Source of the DNA: Octopus bimaculoides
Lineage: Eukaryota
Assembly (NCBI RefSeq): GCF_001194135.2
Contig: NC_068990.1
Coordinates: 54,770,107-54,825,307 of the forward strand
Length of the DNA stretch: 55,201 nt
Direction of reading: 5' to 3'
In this document: positions 12,375 through 25,415 of the stretch, piece by piece
How the letters are laid out: each line of letters starts with the position of its first letter
Numbering within the stretch: the stretch's first letter is position 1
Made by a program: the position numbers and the translations under genes
The notes under the pieces: model-generated
The model's input: only the letters and a program-made list of their open reading frames with translations
What the model was told of the DNA's origin: nothing
Databases searched by the model: none

Positions 12375-12939
12375 ATATATATGTACATGTATGTACATAC
12401 CTTCATCTACATGTGCATATAGATACATAACTGGGTACATGACGTGGCAAAAGAACATGAACAAAATGATAAACAAGGTACAACAAACAAGCAAGCCACA
12501 TAGAAACATCTCCTTCATCAGCTGACACCATTAAAACACCAGCGTTTCGAAGAATTAAGGCAGTATGCATCGTTGAAATGGTTCTTCCCACGAACACAAA
12601 TAAAATTATTTTCGTGGAGGGTAGTGGCGGACGGAAAACAAGACAGGAAAACGAAACGGTGAATAAACAAACAAGCAAAAAGGCTGTACAGCCAGACATG
12701 AAGTGTGTATGTATATACATATATGCATGCATGCTACACCTGTGCTTGTTCCACTATACTACTTTAGCCTCCAGACACCTGGCATAAAACCATTGTCCCC
12801 ACCTCTCAAATACTCGCTACTCCACTTCATTAAAGGGGCTTTTTCCATTTGCCTTTTTCCTTTTTCTTGTTCTTTTCTCATCTTGTAAACTCACTAATAC
12901 CAGTGTCACAAAAAAAGCAAAAAAAAAAAAAGCATTCAA

Positions 12940-13100
12940 TACACTCTGTAAAGTGGTTGGAGTTAAGAAAGGCATCCACTTGTAGAAAGCATGCTGAAGT
13001 TGACATTAGTGCTCAACACAGCCCTGAGGCTTGATGGTTCCTATCAAACTGCTCAACCCATGCCAACGGAGAAAAAGATGTTAAATGATGATGAGGATGA
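12940..13100 (+). mobile_element. RTE 3' tail fragment
   Basis: acactctgtaaagtggttgg...aaggcatcca...ccatgcca...gttaaatgatgatg. Confidence 0.6.
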
Positions 13101-13899
13101 TTATACACTCACTTTACACATGCATTTGTCTTGTTCATTAGTATTTAATGTACCCTGGATACAAAAGAAAAAGTTGTGTTTATGTATATTTGTGTGTGAA
13201 TGCTTGCATATATTTGTTTGTCTCACATGCACACCTACATGCACACCTACATGCACACCTACATGCACACATACACACACACAGAGACAGAGGTATGGAT
13301 GTCTTTTCTTCCCCCCTCTCTCTCTCTATATATATGTGTGTGTGTGTGTGTATTGATATTTTACATTTGTTACTCCTTGAGTGAAATGGTGATGATGTTG
13401 AGATTAATTCTTGTTATGACCAGTCACAACTCTTCTTCTCATTCATGCCAACATGGGGAAAACGTATAAGTAATATTAAATATTATCATCATCATTTTAC
13501 AACCACTTTCCATACTGGCATGGATTAGACAAGTCATCAGTTCATATTCAGTGTTACTAACCTTCTAGGTTGATTTTAAAGGCCATATATCTTTCATACT
13601 TTTCATTTTGGTTTCTGTTGCTGGATGTTTTTCCTAACACCAACGATTTTACAGAATGTGTTTCATGCATTCCATCACAGCACCTAGTATCGGAAAGGTT
13701 GCCATGCCCTTCACCAGTCAAAAGCTAAAAATCTCCTCTCAGCCTTAGTGTATTACATGCGTAAGTTAAATGACCTGTCTCTTATCAAGTTATGCTTATT
13801 TTTGCATTATTAATGGTGAGATGGTATGGATGTATTTTCTCAGTAAACTTTCCTGGTGTTGAACTTCCCCTGTGATGAATTGATGGTGGTGAGCTTATA

Positions 13900-14120
13900 T
13901 GTAATCATATATCCTCAGGCCCTCCCAAGCAAACTACCAAGCAGAGTCCCAGTCAGTCTCCATCTCTGCGAGATACCTCCTTATCTGTCCATGACCATAT
14001 GACATGCGGCTGACTAACAAGAGCTGTCAATCCAGCTGGATCCTCAGTGAAGAATCTGGCTGGGTTAACTTGTTTCTCTGCGTGTTAATATTGCTCCATA
14101 GCTGGTCATGTTTTCATTGA
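13900..14120 (-). mobile_element. Degenerate RTE-like ORF C-terminus
   Basis: Minus-strand frames give PARFFTEDPAG / IRRYLAEM, resembling the post-RT end of RTE elements. Confidence 0.35.
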
Positions 14121-14535
14121 AGCATGGCAACAAATGATTTGGCCTATATTACAGTGACACTTATTTGCAACAAATGTATGATATCAAGACAAGGAGACAC
14201 ACAAACTCAAACCTGTTTCCTACACACATATTAGAGGATCTTTTTTTTTTTGTCAGTTTCTGTCTACCAAATCCACTTAACAAAGCTTTTGTAGACCTGC
14301 AGCTATAGTGGCTGACACCTGTCCAAGGTGCCAAGTGTACATGCATGTGTGTATGTCAGTGTCTACATCTAAAGTAGTGTTGTTATTTATGTTGTGTATG
14401 CTTATGCCCCATAACTTTTCATGACTATAGATCAATAAAATAACTAGCAGACTAGAATAAGTGTTAGGTCAGTGTAATCTACAAAGACTACTGAAGGCAG
14501 TTGCCCCAGCATGTGTAAAACCAGTAAAGAGAACA

Positions 14536-14672
<137 letters not shown>

Positions 14673-15304
14673 TAAAATTAGATCATTAATATAATATTTA
14701 ATGCGCTAGTTCTATTTTTGGGTATTGTTTGTTCAATCATACTTTGACTCTTTTTCTAAAGCAATTACAATAGGAAAAACTCTAAATATTTATCTAGACA
14801 ACCAGCATGAAATACAAGGAGGAAATGATCTTTTGTTTTCTTTGTCTTTCCCTCTCTCTCACTCTCTTTGCCCTCCAGTGTTTGTTTTTTTTGTCTCCTT
14901 TACATATACATGCTTTCACACAAATCCATATCTATACCACACACTTATTCATACTTGAACATACATGAACACACACACATACATTCACTCTTTCTCCTGT
15001 AGACTTTGTTTTGTGTTGAACTTTGTTCTTTGTCATTTCATAGTTTGTCTGATGTTTTGAGAGATGATGATGATACGGTATTGGCTATTTTAATTAGTTG
15101 TTGTTGTTGTTGTTTAAACCCAGATCAGCCCAGATAATACAGTCTTATGATCAAAGACTTTTAATTGACAATTGTCTGTTTTCATTCTTTTATAAGACTG
15201 AATTGAGGGATGTATGGTTGTTATCACTAGCAATTTGAGCACATGTACAGCTTCCTTGTTAACTCAATCCAATTTTCAATTTTTTCTTTTTTGTCTGAGG
15301 CACA

Positions 15305-15715
15305 GGCATGGCTGTGTAGTTAAGGAGTATGCTTCCCAGCCACATGGTTTCTGGTTCAATCTCACCATGTACCTCGTTGGGCAAGTGACTTCTGTTATAA
15401 CCCCTGGTTGACTAAGGCTTTGTGAGGGGATTTGGTGGATGAAAACTGAGAGAATCCTGTTGTGTGTGTGTGTATTAGGGTTTCCTTCTTTTGACATTGT
15501 GTGATAGATGTAAATGATTGTCACTGTCATATAAGCAGTGTCCTTTGTTTCTAAAGCTTCCATGAAGACATGTTTGGCCATGGAGAAATTTTAACTTACT
15601 TGGAATCAGGTGAAGGATAGTGACAAGATGAGTATCCAACCATAGAAAATATGCCTCATCAAATTCCATCCAGCTCATGTGAGCATGGAAAAGTTGACAT
15701 CAAAATGATGATGAT
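15305..15715 (+). mobile_element. SINE with family-A head and alternative 3' body
   Basis: ggcatggctgtgtagttaag...ggttcaatctc head; tail shared with 34328-34630. Confidence 0.6.
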
Positions 15716-17465
15716 GTCATGCTATCATGAGTATTTGTTGTTTAGCCCTTGGTCATTTCTGAAATACTGTAATCAAAAGCATTCTAGCTATGATCATCCC
15801 ATCCTTTATTGTATCTAGGACAGCATTTCTTTTTCTTGCATAAGATGATAGTGAGTGATGTAAACAGATTTTACAGCTGTTATTTTGCTATTTGCTGCAG
15901 ATCAAACAATAACATTGAAAGCTTTCTCATTGATTTGTGACTAGTTTGTATGTGGAATTTTGAGATACATGACAGGCTCAGTTCGATATCCACCACCAAG
16001 AATCCATTTCTGTAAATGGTGTTCTTTTCTTTTAGCTCAACACATTTTATAATCCATTATTGGCATTGCCACATTGCTTAAGACTGAATTTCTGTATCAA
16101 TTTCTGACCTGTGTCTCGTAAGTGAAATTTGGTATATGGAACTGTGCTAAAAATCTGTCCAGTTTCCAAGTAATGTGGGACTGAAAGAGATTTTTGTGGG
16201 CATGTCAGACATGTCCATCTTATCAGATGTTCAGTGGCAGAGTGGAAGGCTGGAAGGAAATTTAAGATGGTTTCTAGATGTACAGGCCTCTATTGGCCAG
16301 TTCAGATCGCATGGCATTAATGCTATCAGAGCAACACCAGCTATTTTCATTATTTTTAGGTTCACCTATTCCGATAGGACCACTTTGGCAGCAAGCTGCA
16401 TCATAGAGTATTCAGCAACATCAGTTCCTTGTATTGGTTACTGCTCATGGTGTAAGTAAGCTATTGTATGAGTCAGTAGCTCAGTCATTGTTCAGTGGTA
16501 GCAGCAGTCTATACATGAGAGTGATGTTGGGTTACAACTGAGTAAAGTAAAAAAAGCAAAGTTATCTTCTCAAGTCATATCAACTCACAAGGGCCAGTTT
16601 CATGGTGTATATATTCCCAACCTGGATTGGATGCCAGTCCGTTGCAGGATTATTCATTTTTGCCAGCTGAGTGGACTGGAGCAATGTGAATTGAAGTGTT
16701 TTGCTCAAGAACACAACACATCATTTGGTGCAGGGATCTTATGATCATTGACTTGATGATTTTGAAGTTGACCTCATCATGAGAATGGATTTTACTCAGT
16801 AATATCTGTGGCTCCACAATGATCTTGCACTGTGTCAATTCACATGGCTGACTGGCTTAGTTTCTCATCAAATTTAGAAATTATTGAATGTTAGATTGGC
16901 ATAGTTTTTGTGCACTAAGCAAAAATGTCTTACAGTATTTTTTATTACAGCTCTTTTAGTTTTGAACAGAAATTCATCTATGGTCAAATTTACTTTACAT
17001 CCATCTGAAAGTCAAAATAAAATACTGTTTAAGTGCTCAGAACAGTGTAGCATCCTAGATGTGAATGGGATTGTAATGGAAGAAGTATAATGTAAAACTA
17101 AAGAAGCTAGCTATATTTTATGATGATAAAATATTGATTTGGTAAAATGAAATAGTTGGTGAGTGATAGTTAGCATTTGTTTTATAATATTTATATTTAC
17201 TGTGTTAAGCTTTTGTTGTTGTTATTGGCCTCGATTCATCACTGATTGAACTAACATATCTATAAAGGTGTTCTGGTCATGATCATTTTTATATACCTGG
17301 GACTACATTATCCAATATAACCTATCTTCTTTTCTTAAAATTGTAGAATGTGAAAGAAATTTGGCTGCTATTTCTTGCAGGTTGAATAACTGCAAAGAAA
17401 CTCTTTATTATCTTGCATATTAATTTGTTGTTGCTGTATTTAAAGTCCTGTTCTATTTTCCATAG

Positions 17466-17736
17466 GTCTTACCCATGGATGTCTGTGAGTCTTTCAAATG
17501 ATACCTATTGGATCAGCATCTGTTCAGCGGTGAATCATGATAAATGTCCCACAGGCAGTTCGGTTTGTAGAGAAAGATCTGGTTCATTTATATCAGTGGG
17601 TAATTATACAAGTTCTCCAAGCATGTTTGAAAATGAAGATAAAGAAATCACAGTGTCATTCACTGGTGGAGTCTGTCCTTCAAATTCTTCAGCACATCTA
17701 AGAACAGATATCTTATTTAAGTGTGGTAAGACGTTG
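17466..17736 (+). CDS. IGF2R: CI-M6PR/IGF2R-like exon (first exon found; MRH repeat 1)
   Basis: Acceptor ttttccatag|G and donor TTG|gtaagt. Translates (x)SYPWMSVSLSNDTYWISICSAVNHDKC...DILFKCGKTL, matching the CI-MPR repeat-1 motif FxCGKTLG. Starts phase 2, ends phase 0. Confidence 0.9.
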
Positions 17737-17980
17737 GTAAGTTAACCTTTACTCATGCTATCAACAACTGTTATTTATTTTCTCTCTCCTTCATTACATT
17801 CGTGACAAAAAGAAAATATTTATGGCTTAGAGGAGAAAGGGCAGTATCCAGAACCTATACAGAGCCTCTATACAGAGTGAGAGAAAGAGAGGTGTCTATA
17901 CTCAGATGTGAACCTGGTCTTATTGCTTTTTACAGAGTGTATACCACTAAATGCATCCAGTGACCTAATTGTAGTCTTAA

Positions 17981-18190
17981 TCCCTTAACATTTAAACTGG
18001 CCATATCTAGCCCAGATATTGTTTTATGATCACACTGGCCATATCTAGCCTCTCACACTCATCCTACAATGTCATTTTAAAAATAAGCAATCACATCATT
18101 GAAACCTCAAAGTTACAAGATAATACATAATTCAAAACAATGTAAATAAAGAAACTTTATATTTGACCGAGAAATCAGAATGCTAAAGAA
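17981..18190 (+). mobile_element. piggyBac-like MITE
   Basis: ttaa|tcccttaacatt ... aatgctaaagaa|ttaa; same body as 52672-52891. Confidence 0.65.
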
Positions 18191-18439
18191 TTAAACCAAG
18201 TGATAGATTAAATATGCCACCCCAAAATAAGAATGGTTCCTCCAGTGACCCTCCACATAACTTCTATCTACCAAATTTTCACTCACAAAGTTTTGGACGA
18301 CTTCGGGATGCTCTATATAATCTCCAAGATTATATTTGGTGGGACTGAATCTTTGCAACCATGCTAACTTCCTAACCACAGAGGCAAGATGTTTGATGTA
18401 AAAGATTTTCCTGCACATTCACACTTGCATGCATGCATA

Positions 18440-18484
18440 CATTCATTCATTCATTCATTCATTCATTCATTCATTCATTCATTC
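18440..18484. repeat. (ATTC)n tetranucleotide repeat
   Basis: Directly visible. Confidence 0.95.
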
Positions 18485-18828
18485 TGTGTTTTTCCATTCT
18501 AGCATAGATTAGATGATTATACAGCATGAGTCAAAAGTAACACCCAGTCTCTGGGAAATCATGCCTTTCTTTGTTGTTTTGCAGGTTATTATTGACAGTT
18601 TTGAAAGTTACTAAATCTGGATCATGTCACATGTTGTTAATACTCTGATATCCCAACCTGTAAAACAAGAATTTGAAATCAAAAGTATCTCCCAATTGGG
18701 AAGTCATACATATTAACACTAAAACAGGATTTGGGTGCTACTTTTGACTAATCCTATATTATTGGGACATTGTTTTACAGTTGGTTGCTCTTCCTGATAC
18801 TAACACTTTACTCGTTTTTCAAGCAAAT

Positions 18829-19165
18829 CAGTGGTGCTTAATCATTTTTCACTTATACACCCCTTTGATTACTATTTTATTTTGTTAGACCCCTATAGCC
18901 ATTTGATGCTTAAAAATTAGTTTTATAGATAATTGCTTCAAAATTCCTATTTTGTGTATCACACATTCACATGTGTAGGTTGAGCTGTGTAAAACATCAG
19001 AGAAAGAAACCTAGCTGTTTCTTGCAATAAATACATCTAAATCAAAATTTTTCATGAACCCTTAAGATACAATTGTGTACCTAATTTACTATTTTGCTTG
19101 TGTGGATCCCACAAAATCTTATATTGAGCCCCAAAGCTCATATAGGCCCCAATTGAGAACCACTG
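18829..19165. mobile_element. Probable hAT-type MITE
   Basis: Ends cagtggtgcttaatc / aattgagaaccactg resemble hAT TIRs; no matching TSD found. Confidence 0.4.
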
Positions 19166-19169
19166 TTGT

Positions 19170-19707
19170 AAAGGATCTCTTATTCCACACATCTTCAAAT
19201 GCTCAGAGCCAGCGGATTATTTTTTTGACACGGGTGCATCTTCTACACATCTTGTCAAGTATCACTTGAAAACTCCACTCCTCGATCTGGATCATCTTCA
19301 TTGAGAGGATGGACCATTCTTAGAACTTTTCCACTGACAGCACTTCAAAATGGATGCCTGATTTTGAAATTCTTATCTCATTACTTGCTTGCTACAAGAG
19401 TGAGGCTCATGAATGGCCACAGTCTTCCAAAATATTTCTTGTGGACATTCTGAACAGTTCCATTTACTTCAAGCTTATCTCTAATTTTAGTGATGGTAAA
19501 TTGCATAGACAGATCTCTTTAAAACTCTCTCCTAAATTATCTTTGCATTTCAACTGTGTTTTCAAACTTTAGGGTAAATTTCCTTTCAAAGCTTAGCCTG
19601 GCTCCTTTTGTTATTTCTAATGGGTTAAACTTTAGATTTAAAAGAAATAGAAATTGAGTTATCAGCTGTTAAAATGTGTATATGTTTTTTTGTTTTGGGA
19701 CACCCTG
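19170..19707 (-). mobile_element. Tc1/mariner transposase remnant with one terminal repeat
   Basis: Minus strand begins ta|cagggtgtcccaaaa. Broken frames give FENTVEMQR*FRREF...ITKIRDKLEVNGTVQNVHKK and VHPLNEDDPDRGVEF, the HTH/linker of DD-D mariner transposases. Confidence 0.75.
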
Positions 19708-20677
19708 TATCTTCATTGGGCTTCTTTCAGTTTCCATCAACTAAATCCACTTAGGAAGTTTTAGTTTGCTTTAAATGGGATTGAACTCCTAACTGTCTGG
19801 TTGGGAAGCAAACATCACCACACACACACACACACTATGAGATTGATGTGCTACATACTGCACTGTGTCAATAATTCTGCAACAACCAGTTGACATTATA
19901 ATTGCATTCATGCATAATGCTGCTCAGACACAAAGAATCTTCAGAGCTTGTCCAAGCTTTCAGTTTTTGTGGCTTATGACAAGATGTATGCACAAAAGAT
20001 GTTATACAGTGAAATAAATGATAGTTGATGCTAAGATTTTTTTAACAAGAATTTTGTCAAAGACTTTTCTTTTTTAGACATATTTAATATCCAATTCTGT
20101 TGATCTTGCTATCTGTACTCTCAACTTCAGTGAACAGTATTTTTATATCCCTGCATTCTGTCGACCAAATAGATGTTCTCTGAAGTAGTCTAGCCTATTT
20201 AACTGTAAAATTTGGCCACTAGGTAGAAACAATACTTTTCTATTGTAAGCAGTGGCAGCATTATAGAATTTGTGACTGTTTCATTATCTTGTAGTGCTGG
20301 ATTCAACTCCTGATGTTTGTGTTTTCTTTTATGCTTATTTCAGTCATTGGACTGTAGTGTGGTCATGCTTGGGAGTTTAATTAAACAGATTAACTCAGGA
20401 CATATTTCAGATCTCGTATTTCTTCTGTTGGTCTCATTTTAATGAACTGTTAAGTTATGGGGATTGACTTAAGATTGTGTCAAAAATTGGAGATAAATTT
20501 TTCTATTTGCTTAGCATAATAAATATAAAATTTTAACACTGGCTCTGTGAGTCCTGGAGTGATAGTAGGCTTGAAGATATATTGGCATATCTATGGTTTT
20601 GAAACTGATATTAGAAATTAAAAAAAAAAATTTGGTAAGAAGTTTCTTTCTCAATCACATTATTCAGGATTCAGTTC

Positions 20678-20985
20678 TACTGTGTGACACCTTGGTTAAG
20701 TATCTTCTACTACAGTCCTGGGCTGACCAAAGCCTTGTGAGTGGATTTGGTTAGTGGAAACTGATTATATATGTTTGTATTTGTACCCTGCCACCAATTG
20801 ACAACTGGTGTTGGTTTGTTTAAGCCCCCATGACTTAACAGTTTGGCAAAAAGGAACTGATAGAATAAGTATTAGGCTTAAAAAAAAAAACATTAGTTCT
20901 GGGAGTGATTTGTTTGATTAAAATCTTCAGAGTTGTGCTCCAGCATGGCTGCAGTCCAATGACTGATACAGGTGAAAGATGAAAG
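20678..20985 (+). mobile_element. SINE family A (diverged)
   Basis: Collinear with 21412-21810. Confidence 0.65.
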
Positions 20986-21411
20986 ATCTGTAGTATATAA
21001 GAATATTAATGTTAAGAGGAATAGCTTATTTCAGGAGAGTCCTGATTGAGAAACCTCTTGTTAAAGACATTCCAGGAGTGACATGTATCTGAGATTACAT
21101 TAGTCAATGTGTTCTTTTTCTTCTTAAGATAGGGTAGGATTTGAAAGAAATTTGGTTTTCTTGTTGACTTAAGTTGTTAGGGTGATTATCTCTTGATAGG
21201 TGTGTCACATGTTCAAGGAAAACCGTAAGCAATGTGATTATCCCCTTTATCTAAATCCCATTCTTTCACCTAATAACTATTCAATGATTGCTTAACATGT
21301 TTCCTGATTCATAACTGACCAAGCGGAGCTCTTCATTAGAAATATAGAAAAGCCCAAAGAAGGGAAGACGGAGAAAGAAAATCGCCAATGATACATACGC
21401 GATCACATATT

Positions 21412-21567
21412 GTGTGTGGTAAGTAGCTTGCTTGCCAACCACATGGTTCCGGGTTCAGTCCCACTGCATGGCACCTTGGGCAAGTGTCTTCTACTATAGC
21501 CTCGGGCCGATCAAAGCCTTGTGAGTGGATTTGGTTGACAGAAACTGAAAGAAGCCCGTCGTATACA

Positions 21568-21604
<37 letters not shown>

Positions 21605-21810
21605 GTGTCTGTGTTTGTCCCCCCACCATTGCTTGACAACCAATGCTGGTGTGTTTATGTCCCCGTAACTTAGCGGTTCAGCAAAAAGAGACCGATAGAA
21701 TAAGTACTAGGCTTACAAAGAATAAGTCCTGGGGTCGATTAGCTCGACTAAAGGCGGTGCTCCAGCATGGCTACAGTCAAATGACTGAAACAAGTAAAAG
21801 AGTAAAAGAG
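21412..21810 (+). mobile_element. SINE family A, best-preserved copy
   Basis: tRNA-like head (gtggtaagtagc...ggttcagtccc), internal (TA)n/(TG)n, tail gtaaaagagtaaaagag; retains many CpGs. Confidence 0.8.
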
Positions 21811-22377
21811 TATACCAATGAAAAAGAAACTTCTTTAACATGTCTTTAATTATAAGTTGTTTCTGTACCATCTCAATTTGAAACACCAGTTTATACAAAA
21901 ATTCTAAATGAAAAGTCAGGTAATATTTGCGGTTTTAGACATTAGAGAGGCACTTCCTCAGACTGGCATTGCAGGTGTGCTATTACATTGTGCATCCTTC
22001 TGACTTTGTTGTTAGGGAAATATCTGGAGGAAATAAAAATGAAAATATTTGAGGTGTGGATGCGGGATGAGTTAGTGGGGGACATTATGTGTGGGTGGGG
22101 GGAATCAAGAGGATGGATATATATAAGGAGGAGGAAGTGAGGGAGGGAGGGGAGGAAAATAAGCAGAAGATGATGCAAATGAAGGAGGAGAAGGAGAAGA
22201 AGCTGGCTAACTTTTGTCAAACCTTCCAACCTGTGCCTGCATGGATGGAAAACAGATGTTAAATGATGATGAGGATGTGTATGTCCCACTACTGCTTGAC
22301 AACTGAAGTTGGTTTACACTTAAGCAAAAGAGGCGATGGAATAAGTACTATACTTAATATATATATATATATATATA

Positions 22378-22946
22378 NNNNNNNNNNNNNNNNNNNNNNN
22401 NNNNNNNNNNNNNNNNNNNNNNNNNNNNNNNNNNNNNNNNNNNNNNNNNNNNNNNNNNNNNNNNNNNNNNNNNNNNNNNNNNNNNNNNNNNNNNNNNNNN
22501 NNNNNNNNNNNNNNNNNNNNNNNNNNNNNNNNNNNNNNNNNNNNNNNNNNNNNNNNNNNNNNNNNNNNNNNNNNNNNNNNNNNNNNNNNNNNNNNNNNNN
22601 NNNNNNNNNNNNNNNNNNNNNNNNNNNNNNNNNNNNNNNNNNNNNNNNNNNNNNNNNNNNNNNNNNNNNNNNNNNNNNNNNNNNNNNNNNNNNNNNNNNN
22701 NNNNNNNNNNNNNNNNNNNNNNNNNNNNNNNNNNNNNNNNNNNNNNNNNNNNNNNNNNNNNNNNNNNNNNNNNNNNNNNNNNNNNNNNNNNNNNNNNNNN
22801 NNNNNNNNNNNNNNNNNNNNNNNNNNNNNNNNNNNNNNNNNNNNNNNNNNNNNNNNNNNNNNNNNNNNNNNNNNNNNNNNNNNNNNNNNNNNNNNNNNNN
22901 NNNNNNNNNNNNNNNNNNNNNNNNNNNNNNNNNNNNNNNNNNNNNN
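22378..22946. other. Assembly gap (N run)
   Basis: N bases flanked by (TA)n. Confidence 0.97.
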
Positions 22947-23126
22947 ATATATATAATATGAATGAATTTGTTGAACATTGTTTAATAAGTTAAGTCATAT
23001 ACTGATTATTTCAATACAAGTTTTCATACCTATATGAGTTAATATAAGAAAATTTGAAAGTAAAGTATGAAGAAAAGACATTAGAAACCTTAAGAAAAAT
23101 TCCAATTAAAGGACGAACATTCATTC

Positions 23127-23167
<41 letters not shown>

Positions 23168-23343
23168 TTAAATGCATCCATGCTGGTGCCGTGTAGAAAA
23201 GTACTCATTTGAGACCACATATAAAGCACCCATGTACAACTCTACAGCTGGCCAACTCTTGTCAAACCTTCCAACCCATGCCTGCATGGAAAACAAAGGT
23301 TGAATGATGATTTAACATATCAAGGATAAACCACATGACAAAT

Positions 23344-23610
23344 ATTGCAAATATGTCACTGTTCTCCATGAGAAAATTCCCATAAAGATCTTGCCTTCCA
23401 CATTCAGTAAGGATATCAACCTAAACTGTTTTATAGTCTTTGTATTGGCCTCCTTCGGCAAATATATGCCTTCTGCCTTACACTAATCCTCTACTAGAGT
23501 CTCTTCGCACCACAGCTGTCGGAGTAGGACAAGGAGAAGACAGAATGTCATCTACCTCTGCTTCTGCTTTCCACTTCCTGGCCGTTTTTACACCTGGTCT
23601 AACTTTCCAG
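23344..23610 (-). mobile_element. Inverted 5' segment of HERO-type retrotransposon
   Basis: Minus frame 23530->23344 reads LLRQLW...KAEGIYLPKEANTKTIKQFRLISLLNVEGKIF (RT N-terminal motifs). 23533-23598 is an inverted copy of 24451-24511. Confidence 0.8.
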
Positions 23611-23611
23611 T

Positions 23612-25415
23612 TTAACCAAAGAAGGTTTATCCACATTCCAGACAAAGTAACAAGGTTAATGAAGATATATTATGACAGTTTCAAGATGAGGTTTACAGCT
23701 GGAGATTTTACAACAGATTGGTACTGATTGGAAATTGGCCTTGCTGCTTGCTGCACAATATGTCATTTGGTTTATTTTAGTCATGGAGATGATTTTGAAA
23801 GCAGTGGACTTTTGAGAACAAATTGCCCATGTACAATCATCTAAGAAGGGCTTCATGGATGACATGACCCTTCTATCAACAGACAAGCAAATCATGCAAA
23901 GTGCCCTCTTGAGGCTAGACGAGCTTGTGAAGTGGTCAAGGAAGTAATTCAGAGCAAAAAAAGTCGCGTAGTCTGACATTTATTAAGGGAGTGCAAAAAG
24001 ACGTAAAGTTTCAAATAGCTGAAAAAAGCATTTCAACAGTCAAGGAAGAACCTGTCAACAGCCTGAGGTGAGTATAAGCTGGAACATTGTCAGATAGGAG
24101 TTGCAGGATGCAAATTACGAAACAAGCCAAGGTTAGATTAACAGCATTTGATAACTCAAAGCTACCATGTAAATATAAAATTTGGTGCTTACAGTTTGGC
24201 TTGTATCCACAACTTTCATGGCCACTTTTAATATATGAGGTAGCACTGTCACAAGTTCAAATAATTGAACAAAAATGTAATGTGTTCATTAGAAAGTGGT
24301 TAGGCCTACCTCAGATATTGAACAGTTCAGCTCTCCATCGTAAAAGAGGTTCTACCACTGGCATCAATAGTCAAAATTTATAAACTAGGGAAGGTACAAA
24401 CAGTGATGATGCTGAGATAGTCGAAGGACATAGAAATCAGGTGTAATCCACCAGATGTAAAAACAGCCTGGAACTGGAAAGCAGAGGCAGAGACTGATGA
24501 CATTGTCTTCTCTTACACACAAAGATATGGTGGGTACAACACAAATACATCAGAAGGGACTTGGTTTTGGCACAGATTGGTTCAGACCATTTGCAAGTAT
24601 GAGGTGGAGCAAATGCAGATCTGTTGTTAGCAACAGCGTGAAAACAAGGGAAACAGAGAAGAGAGCTTCATTTGATCCAATGCACTCAACAAGGACAGAT
24701 AACGAGATGAGGGGAACATGTTGAGAGAAAAATAAGTTGGAATGAGATATGGATTCATCCTATGATGTCTTGCTATTGCCTACAAATCTAGTAAGATGGA
24801 ACATCTCAGAGAATGATATATGCAAATGCAGAAAGGTTGGAACACTGAAACGTATTCTTTCCGACTGTTCATTAGCATTGAATCGATATACATGGAGACA
24901 CAACCTGGTCCTTAAGGTTATCTTCAATGCTATAAAGAACCAAATTGCTCTCATCAACAGTGGAAAAAAACTGTTGAAAGAACCAACCAGAGATTTCATT
25001 ACCTTTGTGCACTCAGGACAGTAGATCCATTTCAAGAAAAAGAAACTTCTTGTGAACAATGAAGTGGCTACAGATTTACCAGGGTACCAAGGATTATTTT
25101 CCATGCTGGTTACGAAAAAACCAGATATTATAATGTGGTGTGAAAGAAAAAAGGTGGTGAATCTAGTCAAATTAAGAGTTCCTCATGAAGACAACATGGA
25201 TGCCTCGAGGAATGTGAAGGTGCAGGCTGGAAAGCTGAGTGTTTTCCAATCAAAGTTAGATGTAAAGGATTCATTGGACACAGTGTGAGGCAACTGTTGT
25301 TATCATTAAGCCTAACTCATCGTAAAGTAAATACCACCATGAACAATATCCAAACTACAGTGGAAAAAGCTAGCCAATGGATTTGGTTAAAAAGAGACAA
25401 TGAGCAATGACTTGA
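23612..25415 (+). mobile_element. Decayed HERO-type (R2-superfamily) non-LTR retrotransposon: RT plus Zn knuckle plus restriction-like endonuclease
   Basis: FMDD at 23852-23863; KSRSL; RKWLGLP; CKC...TLKRILSDC...RYTWRH (CCHC-like); KPDIIMW...VKLRVPHED (PD-(D/E)xK-like RLE); terminal EKASQWIWLKR. Multiple stops and frameshifts. Confidence 0.85.

Noticed and set aside
12495-12560. GAAAC...CTGATGA on the - strand resembling a type II hammerhead
   Set aside because: No room for stem I between GUC and CUGAUGA, and stem II lacks the closing pair. No intact hammerhead was found next to either Penelope-like fragment.
16175-16461. ORF ending TGT AA|gtaagc, which would splice in phase to give WCK-SYPW as the missing first exon
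   Set aside because: No signal-peptide character or plausible start, and the region looks like the antisense of a decayed LINE 3' end (KLDRFL...NSV on the - strand). Treated as coincidence unless cDNA shows it.
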